From NCBI RefSeq assembly GCF_964204865.1, contig NC_135263.1:9610001-9674000 (forward strand): a DNA stretch of 64,000 nt. The letters run 5' to 3'. Shown here piece after piece: positions 1 to 12,200 of this stretch (position 1 is the first letter of the stretch; each line of letters opens with the position of its first letter). The notes under the pieces are model-generated. The model was not told the origin of the DNA. It did no database searches and saw only the letters and a list, made by a program, of their open reading frames with translations. This stretch comes from Styela clava (lineage: Eukaryota). The translations under genes and the position numbers were made by a program.

Positions 1-1091
1 TGGTGAAAATATAAAAAATAAATTATCGATTTCATCTTGGGAGGGCCAGACCCGGGGATGAAAAAATATGACTTGAAGTATAGCATTCCCTTAAGATAAC
101 ACTTTGTGAAAATGTACACAAAATACCCCAGTTGAAAAAATAAAATGTAACCAGACCACTGAACACTATGGCAATGTATTTGCTAGTATTGCGACTGCTA
201 AACCAAATCTTTATGATTCAGGAATTACAAGTCCATGAAGGTAACATTGATTTTCTAGCAGCAGAATATCAAATGATACTTGGGGACAGTGAGATGTTAA
301 AAGAGGAATTCAAAAAACAACCCGCACATTTGGAGAGATTATATGGTATTATAAATGATGATCTCTTTAGCCTCAAGCGGCCAAGACTCCTCAAAATTTT
401 CTGTAAAAAAATTCATTTTTATTTTTCCAGGCATGGTCACTGATCTCTTTATTGACAAGTTCAAGTTCAAAGGTGTCAATGTTAAACAAAAAGTTCCACA
501 ACTTCTAGAAACTTTGGACAATTATGATCTTTCAACATTGATAGAATTCTTTGAAACTGCAACAGTATGACTTCACACCATGTTTATACTTGGGGAGCAT
601 TTTAGTATTCCACGGCAGCAAGAGAACATTCCATCCCGTGATGTAGACCCACATTTAATATAAAACCTCTAGTATGACTAACGTCATCAGGGGCTGCTTA
701 GCTGTATTTTGAATGTGATGTCCGGAGTTCTTTTAAATTCAATTGTCAGTGCGCCACACCAGGGATGATGCATCATAGCCTACAATAATATAATTCAAGC
801 ATAACATCACGATTGCTTTTCGTACCTCTCTGCTAGCGGTCAAACGACATACCAGTCTTTGTTACAAATTTTCTAATAAATTCATATTTTTTTTTATATA
901 TATGTTTATTTTATTTATAAAACAGCAGGGTCATAATAACGCAGTTCTCATGCAACCATCGAATCCGAGTTAGCCCGTCAACTTTGACTCTGCATCCAAA
1001 GGTCAATTACCCTTATGCCCCTACCCGAGAATACCCCACTCCAGCGAAGGTGCTCTGACAAGAAATATACCAGAGGTTTTTGCCAACATCA

Positions 1092-3286
1092 CTAGTGGCT
1101 CCCGTCATTAGCTTCATCGTCACACATGTCATACTTTAGAATTATCCGCAAGAGTTCATTTCTGCATCTGCGTTGTTTGTCTGGGTGGAACCTACCCAAA
1201 ACGTTTGCGATATACTGTGAAAATGACTCGTTCTCTTTAGATGGTCTTGGCTCTTTTATTGCTTCCAAAGCAGGGGGACTAGAAGATGGTTGCAAAAACG
1301 CGGACGAGGAATCGTTGTGTTTTTGTTGGTAGTCTGGATTCCACCGTCTCACGCGTCGTTGTATCCGATGTTTTCTCACGTATGCAACTGGTTCTCCAGC
1401 GGCGGGAGCTGTAGTGCGGTTGTTCTGCCTGGCGAAAAAAAAGCAATCTTGAACCAGGATTTTCACATTTAATAGGATGTAAAAGAAGCCGATAATACAG
1501 CTTAGTCGCATGGCGGGACTCGTTATCATCGGGTTAGCAGTCCTGGTTTAGTATGAAGGAAGCTACTCGGTCCGGAAGACATACGCTTGCATTGCTCTGC
1601 GCAGTACCCCGCCTTCGCACGATTGAATCCTTTGTAGGAATGATTATGTACAAGAGTAGTGCAAGTATTACCTTACCGTCGCAGAGTGGTTCACCAGAAC
1701 ACTGGTTAGTCACGACTACGTCCTCCATCCAACTCCATGCATCTATTGCTCTTGACTATTCCCCTCTTGACTATAACCGAAAAGGGCCGTATTTCGCTAT
1801 GTTTAAGTCATTTTATTAGCTTCCACTTATCGACACAGTATTATCGAGTAAAAACCAACCCACGTCGGATAGTCAGCAGTGCGACACGAAGTCGTGGTTC
1901 TCTCCGCTATTTAACCTTTTTTGGATAGCATGACATATACAAGGCTCACCTGTCCGATAAACTCGTGGCATTTTCAATTATTGCATTCCCATGGTCGTCG
2001 TCACTGTCCTCTTCCTCATGTATCAGGTTCTGCGAAAAACTAAGGTTGTCTTGAACAAGCGGCGACTGGTCTTCGTCACCTCCATACACTTGTGACAGTG
2101 ACACCACTTCTCCATACTCTTCCTTCACTTGTAGCTCTTTATTTTGCGACCCTTCATACTGCAAATATTTTTATTTTAGTTTTCAAACGTATTTTAAAGC
2201 CAATTCATAAATCAACGAAATATATTTACCACATTGTTATACTGACGATTGCGATCTGCTGTGCTGGAATCTGATTTTTTCAGGAACAAAAGTGTGGTAT
2301 AGTGGTCCCAGGTCGGAACATACTGCAAAATATATACATATAACGTTTCACAAGTCGGAACAATATATTGAATAATATAATAAAATAACCGTACCGGTGC
2401 AAATTAAAAAATAAACAAGAGCATACCGCATACTAACAATCTTACATGTAACCTGTTTTTAAAGAATACTGGTAATTGAAAAATTCTCGCTACACCGTAA
2501 AGGCAGCGATTAAAACAAGTTTGTGGAATTTGACCTTCTAGAATTTTGGTGAATAATAAAGCACTTGATTCATAACTATTTAGTCTGTCAAAAATGTTTC
2601 TATATAAACGTATGCTTGCTATACGCGTAGGATCGCCATCTGCTATGGTGGTGTATCCCCATATTGATCAACGTACATAGAATAAAGAAGCAAGAATGAA
2701 AGAATATCGGCACTTGAAAAGAAGGAAAATACACGAACAGAAAAAAAACCTGAGAATTCTCGGTATTTAAAATATATAATAACTGTGTTGTTATTATTTT
2801 GCATTCTCTGTTACGTTTGTATTATATTAATATTGCAATATTGTTTTATCATATAAACCCAATATAAAACAAAACAAAGAAGCTTGCTATTTGCAACTTG
2901 CAATGCGTTAAATCAATTGTGAAATTTTGCATTAGGTTCATTTCATTCAGTATCATTTAACTTCTGTGTGACCATCGGTATTTGGTATAACTATAGTAAC
3001 TCACCGTCGGACTAACAGTTACTTTTCTCTCTTCGCGGCAAAATTGCGATCTCATCGATGACCAGCGCTGTCGGATTGTCCCCTCGTCAATGCCGAGCAG
3101 TTGAACGAGTTCAGAATATCCTTTCATGCGTGGCTCACGTTTGTGAAAAAGAATGTGGTCTGTATCCCACATATATCTGTGCTGTTCAAAGTACTTGATC
3201 ATTTGAATTTCTTTTTCTGGCGTCCAATAGATTGAATATCGCTGATTCTTTCCTACACCATTTGATCTCGACTTGATGGCAAACAT
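1092..3286 (-). CDS. MADF-BESS domain transcription factor (Adf-1/Dip3-like), 4 exons
   Basis: Exons 3286-3005, 2322-2230, 2158-1950, 1428-1092, all GT-AG with consistent phases. N-terminal MADF (WTPEKEIQMIKYFEQHRYMWD...IRQRWSSMRSQF...YVPTWDHYTTLLFL), acidic linker, C-terminal BESS motif (ENESFSQYIANVLGRFHPDKQRRCRNELLRII). Confidence 0.85.
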
Positions 3287-3854
3287 GGCGACGAACGTAC
3301 TCTGTCTGTCCTTTGTTGAGAACAACATAGACAGACAAGTTAACACGTGACACGCTCGTGCCTGTCTGGAAGAAAGAAGGCAGGACTTATTTGTCTTCTA
3401 GTATGCCGCAATGTTCGCCAGTCGGAGTCACTGTTGGCGACATTACAACAATCGATCCTTTTCTTTTTTTCTTTCGTTTTTACAAATTGAAAGCCGTGTA
3501 GGAATGGACGAAGCTGCGTGAATGAAATAAGTAACATAACGGTAACGTGTATGCCGTTAGTGTAACCACAGGAGATGGCTTCGGTGCCCACAATCTCACA
3601 GTTCTCGCCACAAGACCAATGAAAAACATTTATTTTGACATACTCCCAGCGAGAAATACAAAAATATGGACTCCTGTCATAAAAAATAACATACAAATTT
3701 GAGGAAGAAGTGATTATATTTTCAAAATACTGTTCAGCTATTCTGTTATTGGTTAAATTTTATGAAAATTGATATATTACATTGTGGTCAATTATTTTTT
3801 CAGCATAGATACCAATGCAGTAGTAATACCATACCTAAGTTTGATATCTGTAAA

Positions 3855-4307
3855 ATGGAAAACTACTATGAAACATTACACGTTCCAGTCTTCTGTGAGT
3901 TATCAGAAATCAAAACTGGATATCAATTTTTAATCAAGAAGTTACATCCAGATAAAAATATTCCTAATACTACAGATTTTAAACAAAATCGTGAGAATGA
4001 AAAGTATTTTCATCAAGTGCAGACTGCATGGAAAATTCTCAGTGATAAACAGTTAAAAAAGGATTACGATACGTTACTGAAACGAACAAAACTTGAGAAT
4101 GAATTATTGGTGAATGAAGAAATTTCATTAAGCGATATGGATATTATAACAGATGATGCAAAAGACATGGAATATATTTATCCTTGTAGATGTGGTACTG
4201 AATATATTTTGGACAAGAAATATTTAGAAATGGATTTGACAAATATTATTTTAACTTGTGAGACTTGTTCGCTTCATATAAAAGTAGTAATGAAACAAGA
4301 GTCATAG
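3855..4307 (+). CDS. DNAJC24: DnaJ subfamily C member 24 / diphthamide biosynthesis protein DPH4 (150 aa, no intron in the CDS)
   Basis: J-domain (MENYYETL...KKLHPDK...AWKILSD) followed by a CSL zinc finger (YPCRCG...TCETCSL). The likely start is ATG 3855 inside ORF 3762-4307. Confidence 0.93.
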   Translation: MENYYETLHVPVFCELSEIKTGYQFLIKKLHPDKNIPNTTDFKQNRENEKYFHQVQTAWKILSDKQLKKDYDTLLKRTKLENELLVNEEISLSDMDIITDDAKDMEYIYPCRCGTEYILDKKYLEMDLTNIILTCETCSLHIKVVMKQES

Positions 4308-4660
4308 CAGTTTAATTTATATATGGTTAGTATATTATTTGGTTATCATAATAGTATATTTGTTATTATCCTGCACTGACTGAATTAGCAATACTAATCA
4401 GTTCTGTCTGTTTCATCGATGATGATCTCAATCAGATTTTTAATATATAGGCCTACTTTTTTGAACTATTTATTCTTCGAAAATCTCATTTAAAAAATTA
4501 AGTTTAACTAGCATTGCCTTCAACTTCATCACAGGCAAACTGGAATAATTTAAAACGAATCAATTTTTTGCGGGCTGGCAATTCAAAATCATTGTTTTGT
4601 ATCATAGTACTGTAGTAAGTGTTCATTTATAAACATAGTAAGCTCCACTTATATCTAAAT

Positions 4661-7617
4661 ATGGAAGATATTAGAGCTCTGGAACTTTACTGTGGAATTG
4701 GTGGAATGCATTTTGCACTCAAAAAGATATGTCCTTCGGCAAAGATTGTCGCAGCTGTTGACATCAGTCCAAATGCTAATAAAGTATATGCTCATAACTT
4801 CCCACAAGTCAAACTCATGGAGAAAGGAATAGAGGGCTTCAGGTATTGTGACTAGCTATTTTTTTTGCTGATTTTTAACTATACATGTTATTGCACTGAT
4901 GTGTTACTTGCAATTTTGAGAAGGCCGGAGTTGGATTCGAAGGATTCGGACTCCTTATCAGCTAACTGCCAGTGACTATTACTCAATGATTGATTCGATT
5001 TTGAACTCTAACAGAGTCTCGAATTTTTGACTTGAATCACAGCTCTTGAGTTTAGGAACTTCTACCCAACATTAATACTTATGCTACAAATTTAAACATC
5101 AAAAATGAACAAACGTAATAATTTTTCTTCCAACAGTGTGAAGATGCTAGACAAGCTCAATTTTAACATGGTGCTGATGAGTCCACCCTGCCAACCATTT
5201 ACAAGAATTGGATTACAGAAAGATGTTGCAGATCCCAGAACTAAGTACTGTATGTTTGCCAAAAATCTATTCTAGCATACAAAATTAGAAGGTATTTTTA
5301 TCAATGTTATGGAAGGGAAAACCTGATAATAACCTTATGCTAAACATCCGCTTGTTTGGTTACCTATACAAGTAAGGGATTATTAAATCAGTTAACAACA
5401 AACATAAAGGGGAGTGGTTAAGGTTTCAGTTATTTCATGATGCAAGGAGCTCGACAATTCTTTTACAAAAATCATTTCTTGAGATTTGAATCTGTGAACC
5501 GTACTCATGGTAATCAGCCACACAAGCCAGCATGATGATACAGCCATGTAATCACAAGTTGAACTAGGTTTTACTTTTTATTGTGACCAAATAACAATAC
5601 CACAGCTTGCAAAGACACTACTGTGAAAATTTATATTCTGAGTTAAGCCTTTACATAGATGCACCAAGCTTTTGGTATTTCTCAAACAACGTTTATGTCT
5701 GCATTCCAGGTCTTTCCTACATTTTCTATCTGTGCTTCCAAAGTTGTCAAAATTACCAAAATACATTCTACTTGAGAATGTCAAAGGCTTTGAGACATCA
5801 GAAGCCCACAAGGAGCTCGTTAAAACTCTAAATGCATGTAAATACAATCAGCAGGAATTTCTTCTGTCACCGAGACACCTCGGAATTCCGAATTCACGCT
5901 TGAGGTATTACTTTACAGGTTGTCATGATTTTTATAAATCTTTAGTCAGCAGAAAATCTTTCGTGAAGTGTCTCAGCAGTTTATCATATCCATGATTTTC
6001 ATTTAGTTGTGCATTTATGTAAGGAAAACTATTTTCCACTCTCTGCTATTTTCCTTTTCTTATAGTTTTATTGATTGTGGCGTTTGTTTTTTTGATTTGA
6101 TATGAACTTTTGAAGATATATAAATAAATAAAAAATGTTTTCACTATAGTATTAGTGTAGTATTCACTATACATTAACCATTGCCCCAAAAATATTATCA
6201 TATTTTATTGAATGTGTAGAACAGTGGTTCTTAAACTTTCATGGTCTGTGATGTAACCCTCTTCCAAAGACTGCCGAGCCCTTCCATAAGAATACCTAGT
6301 TTCGCTTTTAACATGTTTCCATCAGTTATTTCACATGCCACTTCAATAATAAACAGATAACAAATAAATGCATTGCAGTCAAATAATAATTTACTTTAAA
6401 TTAATGTAGTCATTCCTAATATTGGGCGTCTGCTTCCGACCTCCTGAGAACTGCTTTGTGGTCTCCAGGATGGCCGAGGGGCGAGTTTGAGAATCCCTGG
6501 TCTAAAATCATTACTTTTCTTCTTATACCATTGATTTCCTATATTTACCCACATAACAGTAAAATTTATAGTTAGTCTCATAGAAGTTAATCATATTGCA
6601 AAAATACCACAGTCCACAACATCAACTTTTTGTATTACAGATATTTCATGCTTGCTAAAAGAGATAAATTTCATTATAATTTATCAAAACAAAACAATCA
6701 AATATGGGAATGTCTGCCTATTCCAGTGAGCATCATACCAGGAGTACAACAGTCATTGCTAGAGCTAGAAACAACTGAAAATTCTAGCGAGCCATCTGCG
6801 AAAAGGGCAAAATTGGAGAGGTATCGGACCATTATTGAAATTTTATGGTCGTACCTATATCGTAATATAATTTTGAATTGTGATTGACAATACATATGTA
6901 ACTGATCTGCAGTTTGATTGACTGTGAAAATTCAATTTAGCAAAGAAGTTCAAAATGGTACAGAGCATAATCAAAGTGAATGTGATTCTGTTGAACTACA
7001 GACTATAGAAGCTTTTTTGGAGCCAAATCCACCAGAGGTAGGTCCATGCATTGGTATATATAAAATTTCGTTAGAAAGTTTATGTCACTTACTTTATACA
7101 GTACATCCATTTTTTGTGTTTGCTTGTTTTAGTAGGTATTTAAAACACCACCCTATGTATTTTCGTGTCACAAATCCATCTCACAAACTTTTTATTTATA
7201 TTTTCATGTTTAATTTATTTGTTTGTTTAATTACTAATATAGGATTCTTTCGTACCTTCCAAAATCATTCAACGCTACCTTGGAGTTGTGGATATTGTGA
7301 CAAAATACTCAACAAATTCAACCTGCTTCACTAAGTCATATACTCAGTATGCAGAAGGAACTGGTTCGATACTTAACATGAAGAACACTAAGTCAAAAAC
7401 TCATATTTCTTCCAACATGGAGCCAAATATTAAGGATTTTCGATACTTCACACCAACAGAAGTAGCCAACCTTATGTGTTTTCCTAAACATTTGAGTTTT
7501 CCAGAGGAAATATCTAAAAAACAAAGATATAAACTTTTAGGAAATAGTTTGAATGTAAATGTTGTTTCATATTTAATTTCTTTACTCTTACTTGTGAATA
7601 AAGAAATATTAACTTGA
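4661..7617 (+). CDS. TRDMT1: tRNA (cytosine-38-C5)-methyltransferase DNMT2, 6 exons
   Basis: Exons 4661-4842, 5137-5244, 5710-5904, 6641-6820, 6941-7037, 7243-7617. Motifs ELYCGIGG (I), SPPCQPFTR (IV), ENVKGFE (VI), PNSRLRYF (VIII), DNMT2-specific CFTKSY...EGTGS, RYFTPTE (IX), LLGNSLNV (X). Confidence 0.95.
6222..6499. mobile_element. Old hAT (Charlie-like) MITE in DNMT2 intron 3
   Basis: Imperfect TIRs CAGTGGTTCTTAAACT / AGTTTGAGAATCCCTG; degenerate 8-bp TSD gtgtagaa / gtctaaaa (6/8). Confidence 0.6.
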
Positions 7618-8393
7618 AGAGTACATTTTCTTTTGTCTGTACTTTGTGTGGATTTTCATGCCTCAAAAAATATTTACCATATGTATTGCACCCATCCATT
7701 TATGGCCACTATATTTCGTTCAGATTTCTTAATTTATTCTATGTCCTGCTGAATGATATAGGTAAAAGCTATAAAATAGAATTTTATTGTCCTATCAAAC
7801 CAGCTTGATCAATACTCAAAAAGGTCACTCGTATATATTTGTCAAATTAGATTGCAATAAATGCTGAGAATTTGCACAACAAAATTTTTGAATTGAGTCC
7901 AATAAAATAAAGGAATCTCGTACAGCTACCTTTCTGTGGATGGTCTATTCATGTTGCCAACATAGTGTAGAACACTTTCGTTAAATGCATATAAATTTGC
8001 TGGTTATGTTACACATAGGCTATATTAAATGCTGCAGACTGAATTCACGCACAACGCCATATTGACCTAAAACACAAACAAACCCCCGGATGTCACCAAT
8101 GTTTCCGAATGACAGGTCGCCGCACATCGGCATATGAAAAAGTGTCTTGCAAAATTAGACTGTTCTCAAAGGTGTTTTGTCGAGTGGTGTATTAGTCATA
8201 ATAGCTCCAAAACGTGTTTTCGGAACCCGTATGAACCTTCTATTTGCATTCGGATCTCTCGTGCGTGGACCGGTACTCAGAGCAAAAAAATCGGTAATAT
8301 CTCGTGATTCTCGTCTATCCACCAAGCTTGTCAATAACAACTGTTTTTAAATTTCACGTCAGATTGTGGCGTCAGAAAAGTGCCGAATCGTAT

Positions 8394-9163
8394 CAGCTGG
8401 TTTACTCCGAGTAGTAAACAACAGGGTTCGTGCGCGGACGTTTCATAGTTATGTTGACGTTTTCAGTCGAACAGGGTTCATTCGGGTTCGCTGACCGTAA
8501 TTGCCTCGGGAAATAGTTTGACTGAAAAATTGAAGCACAACAACATAATTGTATAACTATGGTATCGCAGGCCGTGCACTCTTAGCGGAAAATGCAATGC
8601 CGCGATTTTGTCTTGCAACCAATACTGACCCTCATTAAAACATAGGCGTACGGAATTTGCATGTGGAATAAGAAAATTATTTATTATTTGACACACTGTA
8701 CGAGTATATTGTTGTGTCCGTTATGCGCGGTAATTCACTTTTTCAGATACGTTGTAAAATATCAATGCAACTGTCGGTATCACAAACCGTCCCAGCTGTT
8801 ACTACTACGCTGACGTAATGTTTCCATTTCTTCTTTCTCTCTCTTTAATACATAGTCAGCTGACGACGAATCACCGCCTCCGCGAAGATAGATATTCATC
8901 CGCTAATCAGTCTGCAAATTTGTATAAGTTTACAGGAAAACTGCCGCTCAGATAGAACCAAAATTTATAATATTTTATTAGATTGATGTTAATGAGGATA
9001 GGAAGTGTTTTATTAAAATAAAAAAAGACTTGACCGTATTTCTAGCGATTTGTTTATCGGCGGATGCACATACACTCGTATCACCAGCTGTGCACTCCGC
9101 TGAGCCTCGTGTTTCCCGCCATACTTTTTCAACCAAACGAAACGCAGAAAAGTTCTACAGCTG
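8394..9163 (+). promoter_or_regulatory. Cluster of five CAGCTG E-boxes with TGACG/CGTCA half-sites upstream of TFAP4
   Basis: CAGCTG at 8394, 8793, 8857, 9085 and 9158; four more in intron 1 (10453, 12150, 12473, 13364). Confidence 0.6.
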
Positions 9164-9263
9164 GTGTGCCTGGTCGTACTTTTTAAGGTCCGTATTCACG
9201 GAACGAGGAAAAGAAATATCGGATTATCAAATAGACTATTATTGAAAACGGAAATTATACCAA

Positions 9264-12200
9264 ATGGATTTACATAACTCATTGACAAGGTAAGATATTT
9301 ATTATGATGTGTGACCTTCATTTATGCATTTCCTATTGTTTATAACGCAAGGCTGTTTATGCCGTAAATCTATGACTGCATTGTATAGCTACGCGTTGAG
9401 GCTCACGAGCATGAGTGGCCGTCATTTCAGTGCGGTTATTTATAGATTAACTTCGTTTATTTATGTATATTGTGTTAATCTTGTAACGGGTTTTTAACCG
9501 CCAACTAATCTATTCTTGACATGTGACCTTTTGATTGAAACACGCCGTCTATACGTGCTCGTCGCTGATTGTGAATTTGCAAGTTTTTGCTTTTGAGCGT
9601 CCCCTTTTCCCAAGTGGGATTTTTACTGTGATAAAAATATTGGGCAATTTTCTGCAAGTGGTCGCCTCTTTGCTTAATATCCGGCTCCATTCGTCAAACT
9701 GGTTTAAAAATGAGTTAATTATTTCGAAAAATGTTCGTAAACGACAGGAATATAAATGAATGCAGACGGAAAGTAATCAGGCTAACATTTGAAAGACTTA
9801 TCACAGTTAATCTGTACAGCAAATCAATAAATACAGGGACTAGTATATGTACAATATCCGGGATCGTGAAATAATGTATTTGACGGGGATTTTATTGGTG
9901 TATCACTACAATGATATTTCGTGTAATTTCTGCATAGAGTAGTATTTTTAGGACGGTGTGATACTGATAACTACGCGTAAACACCGATATCATGAATGCA
10001 TGGAATCGTTCTTTGATTTTTTCAACTGATAAAAATAGTATAAGGCTTTTACTACGCCTACCTGCGGAATTTTATGAGGCGCTTGATCAGGTGTATCTCG
10101 CGCTGTTACTCATAAGGGGTTTCCCTCCCTTCGCAGTTCCGGCCTCTTGCGGCATAGTCTGCGCTGTACTATAATCATTAACTTTTGTGTTTATTGAACC
10201 TCCTGTGCGCGAATAATATTTCAAGTGACATTGATAAAGGTTACTCCCATTCGCACAATAGGTAGTATTATCTGTTTATAGTATAGGCTGCATGATAGCA
10301 TACCAAATGCGTAACTTCCGCTTTATTGCCGATTTCCCCCCACGCTTTCCCGTGCAAAATCTTGCTGCAGCAACGCGAAGTGTTGTTTATATGATTTGAG
10401 TTTCTGTTGTGGCAAACTGTACCTCAAAGGACTACATTCAACATAGATGAAACAGCTGCCACGCCGGCTGAAAACCTAAATTTTGGCAAAAATCAATTTG
10501 ATTTCTGTTCGGAAACTTGATAATCACGATTCAGCATGCGATTTGTAGTTATCTAGTTTATTATTTCAATATTTCAAGTTATGGCGAATTTCAAATCTTT
10601 TGTTTGACTTAATTATGATATAGACTAGGGTTGTTACATATCGATGATACTTGAACTCGATGGGATAGATAGAGTATCATAGCCAACTTAACTAGCCCGC
10701 TTCGCCGTGTTTCTCGTCAATGAAATATCAGACGGTGTTTGGGTTTCGCATGTCGGAAAGAAACTACGCAGTCACGTCTTTTCGCGCCATAGTCTGTAGT
10801 TGATATATTTTAAATTACAGGTTTGATGTTATATACAGTATATAGTGAGGATCCGAATTGTACGTTCGTACGAATGGTTATGATGCGGCATTGTTTTTTT
10901 TGCGATGTCTATTCTGGACGTACGCAACTATAAAAAGACAGAAGTGACTTAACATTTTTCGCCCAACTTTCGCCAATGGAAAGCGGAAATATAAATCGAT
11001 ATTGCTTGTATCGATATGCCAAATATATTGCACTACTGATAAGAAATCTTTTAGGAAGTTGAAGAATAAGTATATATTTTGAACCATAGGCAGCATTATG
11101 TGTATGGGCGCACTAAATGTTCAGAACCAAAAAGAATTCACATCAACAAAGGGGATAGATGTGAACAAAAAATATATTATGAATCCGAGTAATTTTGTAA
11201 CGTTAAATTAGGAATAGGCAAAACGCGCTTTGATAAAATAACATTGTAAATTGAATTGTATAAACCCAAATCACAATATCATGACGTTTGCGTGGTGGAT
11301 TTTTTTCTTGTAATTCAGTCTCATGTCCGACCGCCTGCGTTTTTGCTTGACCATCGGTTTTGACCCGTTCGACTCCCACATCCCAGCATATGGCCTGTTT
11401 TCAGTCTACTTATATTTACGATGGTCGCAGTATCCGCATATGTTTCATATGCTTTAAAATCAAAGCGTAACTTGGCGAGTTATTTTGTTGGCCGCTCCAG
11501 AGTGACCCGGTCTGACTTGATTCTCGTCTCAAATTAGCCGTAAAGACGGCGTTCGTCGCTTAACGATCCGTGTGGTATTTTGTCATCTTTGCTTTGTCTG
11601 CTACAGAAAGGATTTCTATTGGGCGTGACTTCGATGGAGGTATTTTGGGGTGTGTGGGAGGCGTCTTCTGCCACGTAGATAAAAGCGTGTGTGGCGGCCT
11701 TTTTCTCGCTAACGTCATTCTCTCGGTATTTGTGAATACCGCTGATCCGTTTTCCCTCCTACTCCAACCGTTTTCAACGATGCTGTCAACCGCAACTAGA
11801 TCGTGTTTCTATTTGGAATGTGCTCGATATTTCCCCATGTTTTGGTCTGTTTTATTATTCATTGTTTGTCTTCAGAGGTGGAATATGTTATATTAAAAAC
11901 GCTGGTTATTTTGTCAAGTGTAAGACTGTAGATGCACGTAGATTTACCGTCCACAACTCCAATCATTTAATATCCTAACTGTAAGATGGCTCAAAAATGC
12001 GCTATCAGAAAGTGTGTATAGCCTTGTAGTGTGTTCTATGCATAGTCTGATTTCATATATTTGCATTAATTGTCATTTCTTGCTGTCCGTGCCAAAACCC
12101 ATGCATTGTAATTGTAAACACCACATGTTTTCTCTCTTGCTGAGTGTTTCAGCTGTTTCATCGCTAGAGTAATTTTCCATTCACCTTCTGATGTAAACGT

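Noticed and set aside
1-570. Overlapping + ORFs 168-443 and 355-570, coding-like with an apparent frameshift
   Set aside because: No recognisable domain, and the region is cut by the window edge. It may be a decayed gene or TE end but cannot be assigned.
1476-1922. 7SK-like start (GGATGT) with a T6 end; CTAACCC on the - strand suggesting telomerase RNA
   Set aside because: No GAUC motifs or plausible upstream Pol III promoter; the template-like match is only 7 nt and misplaced.
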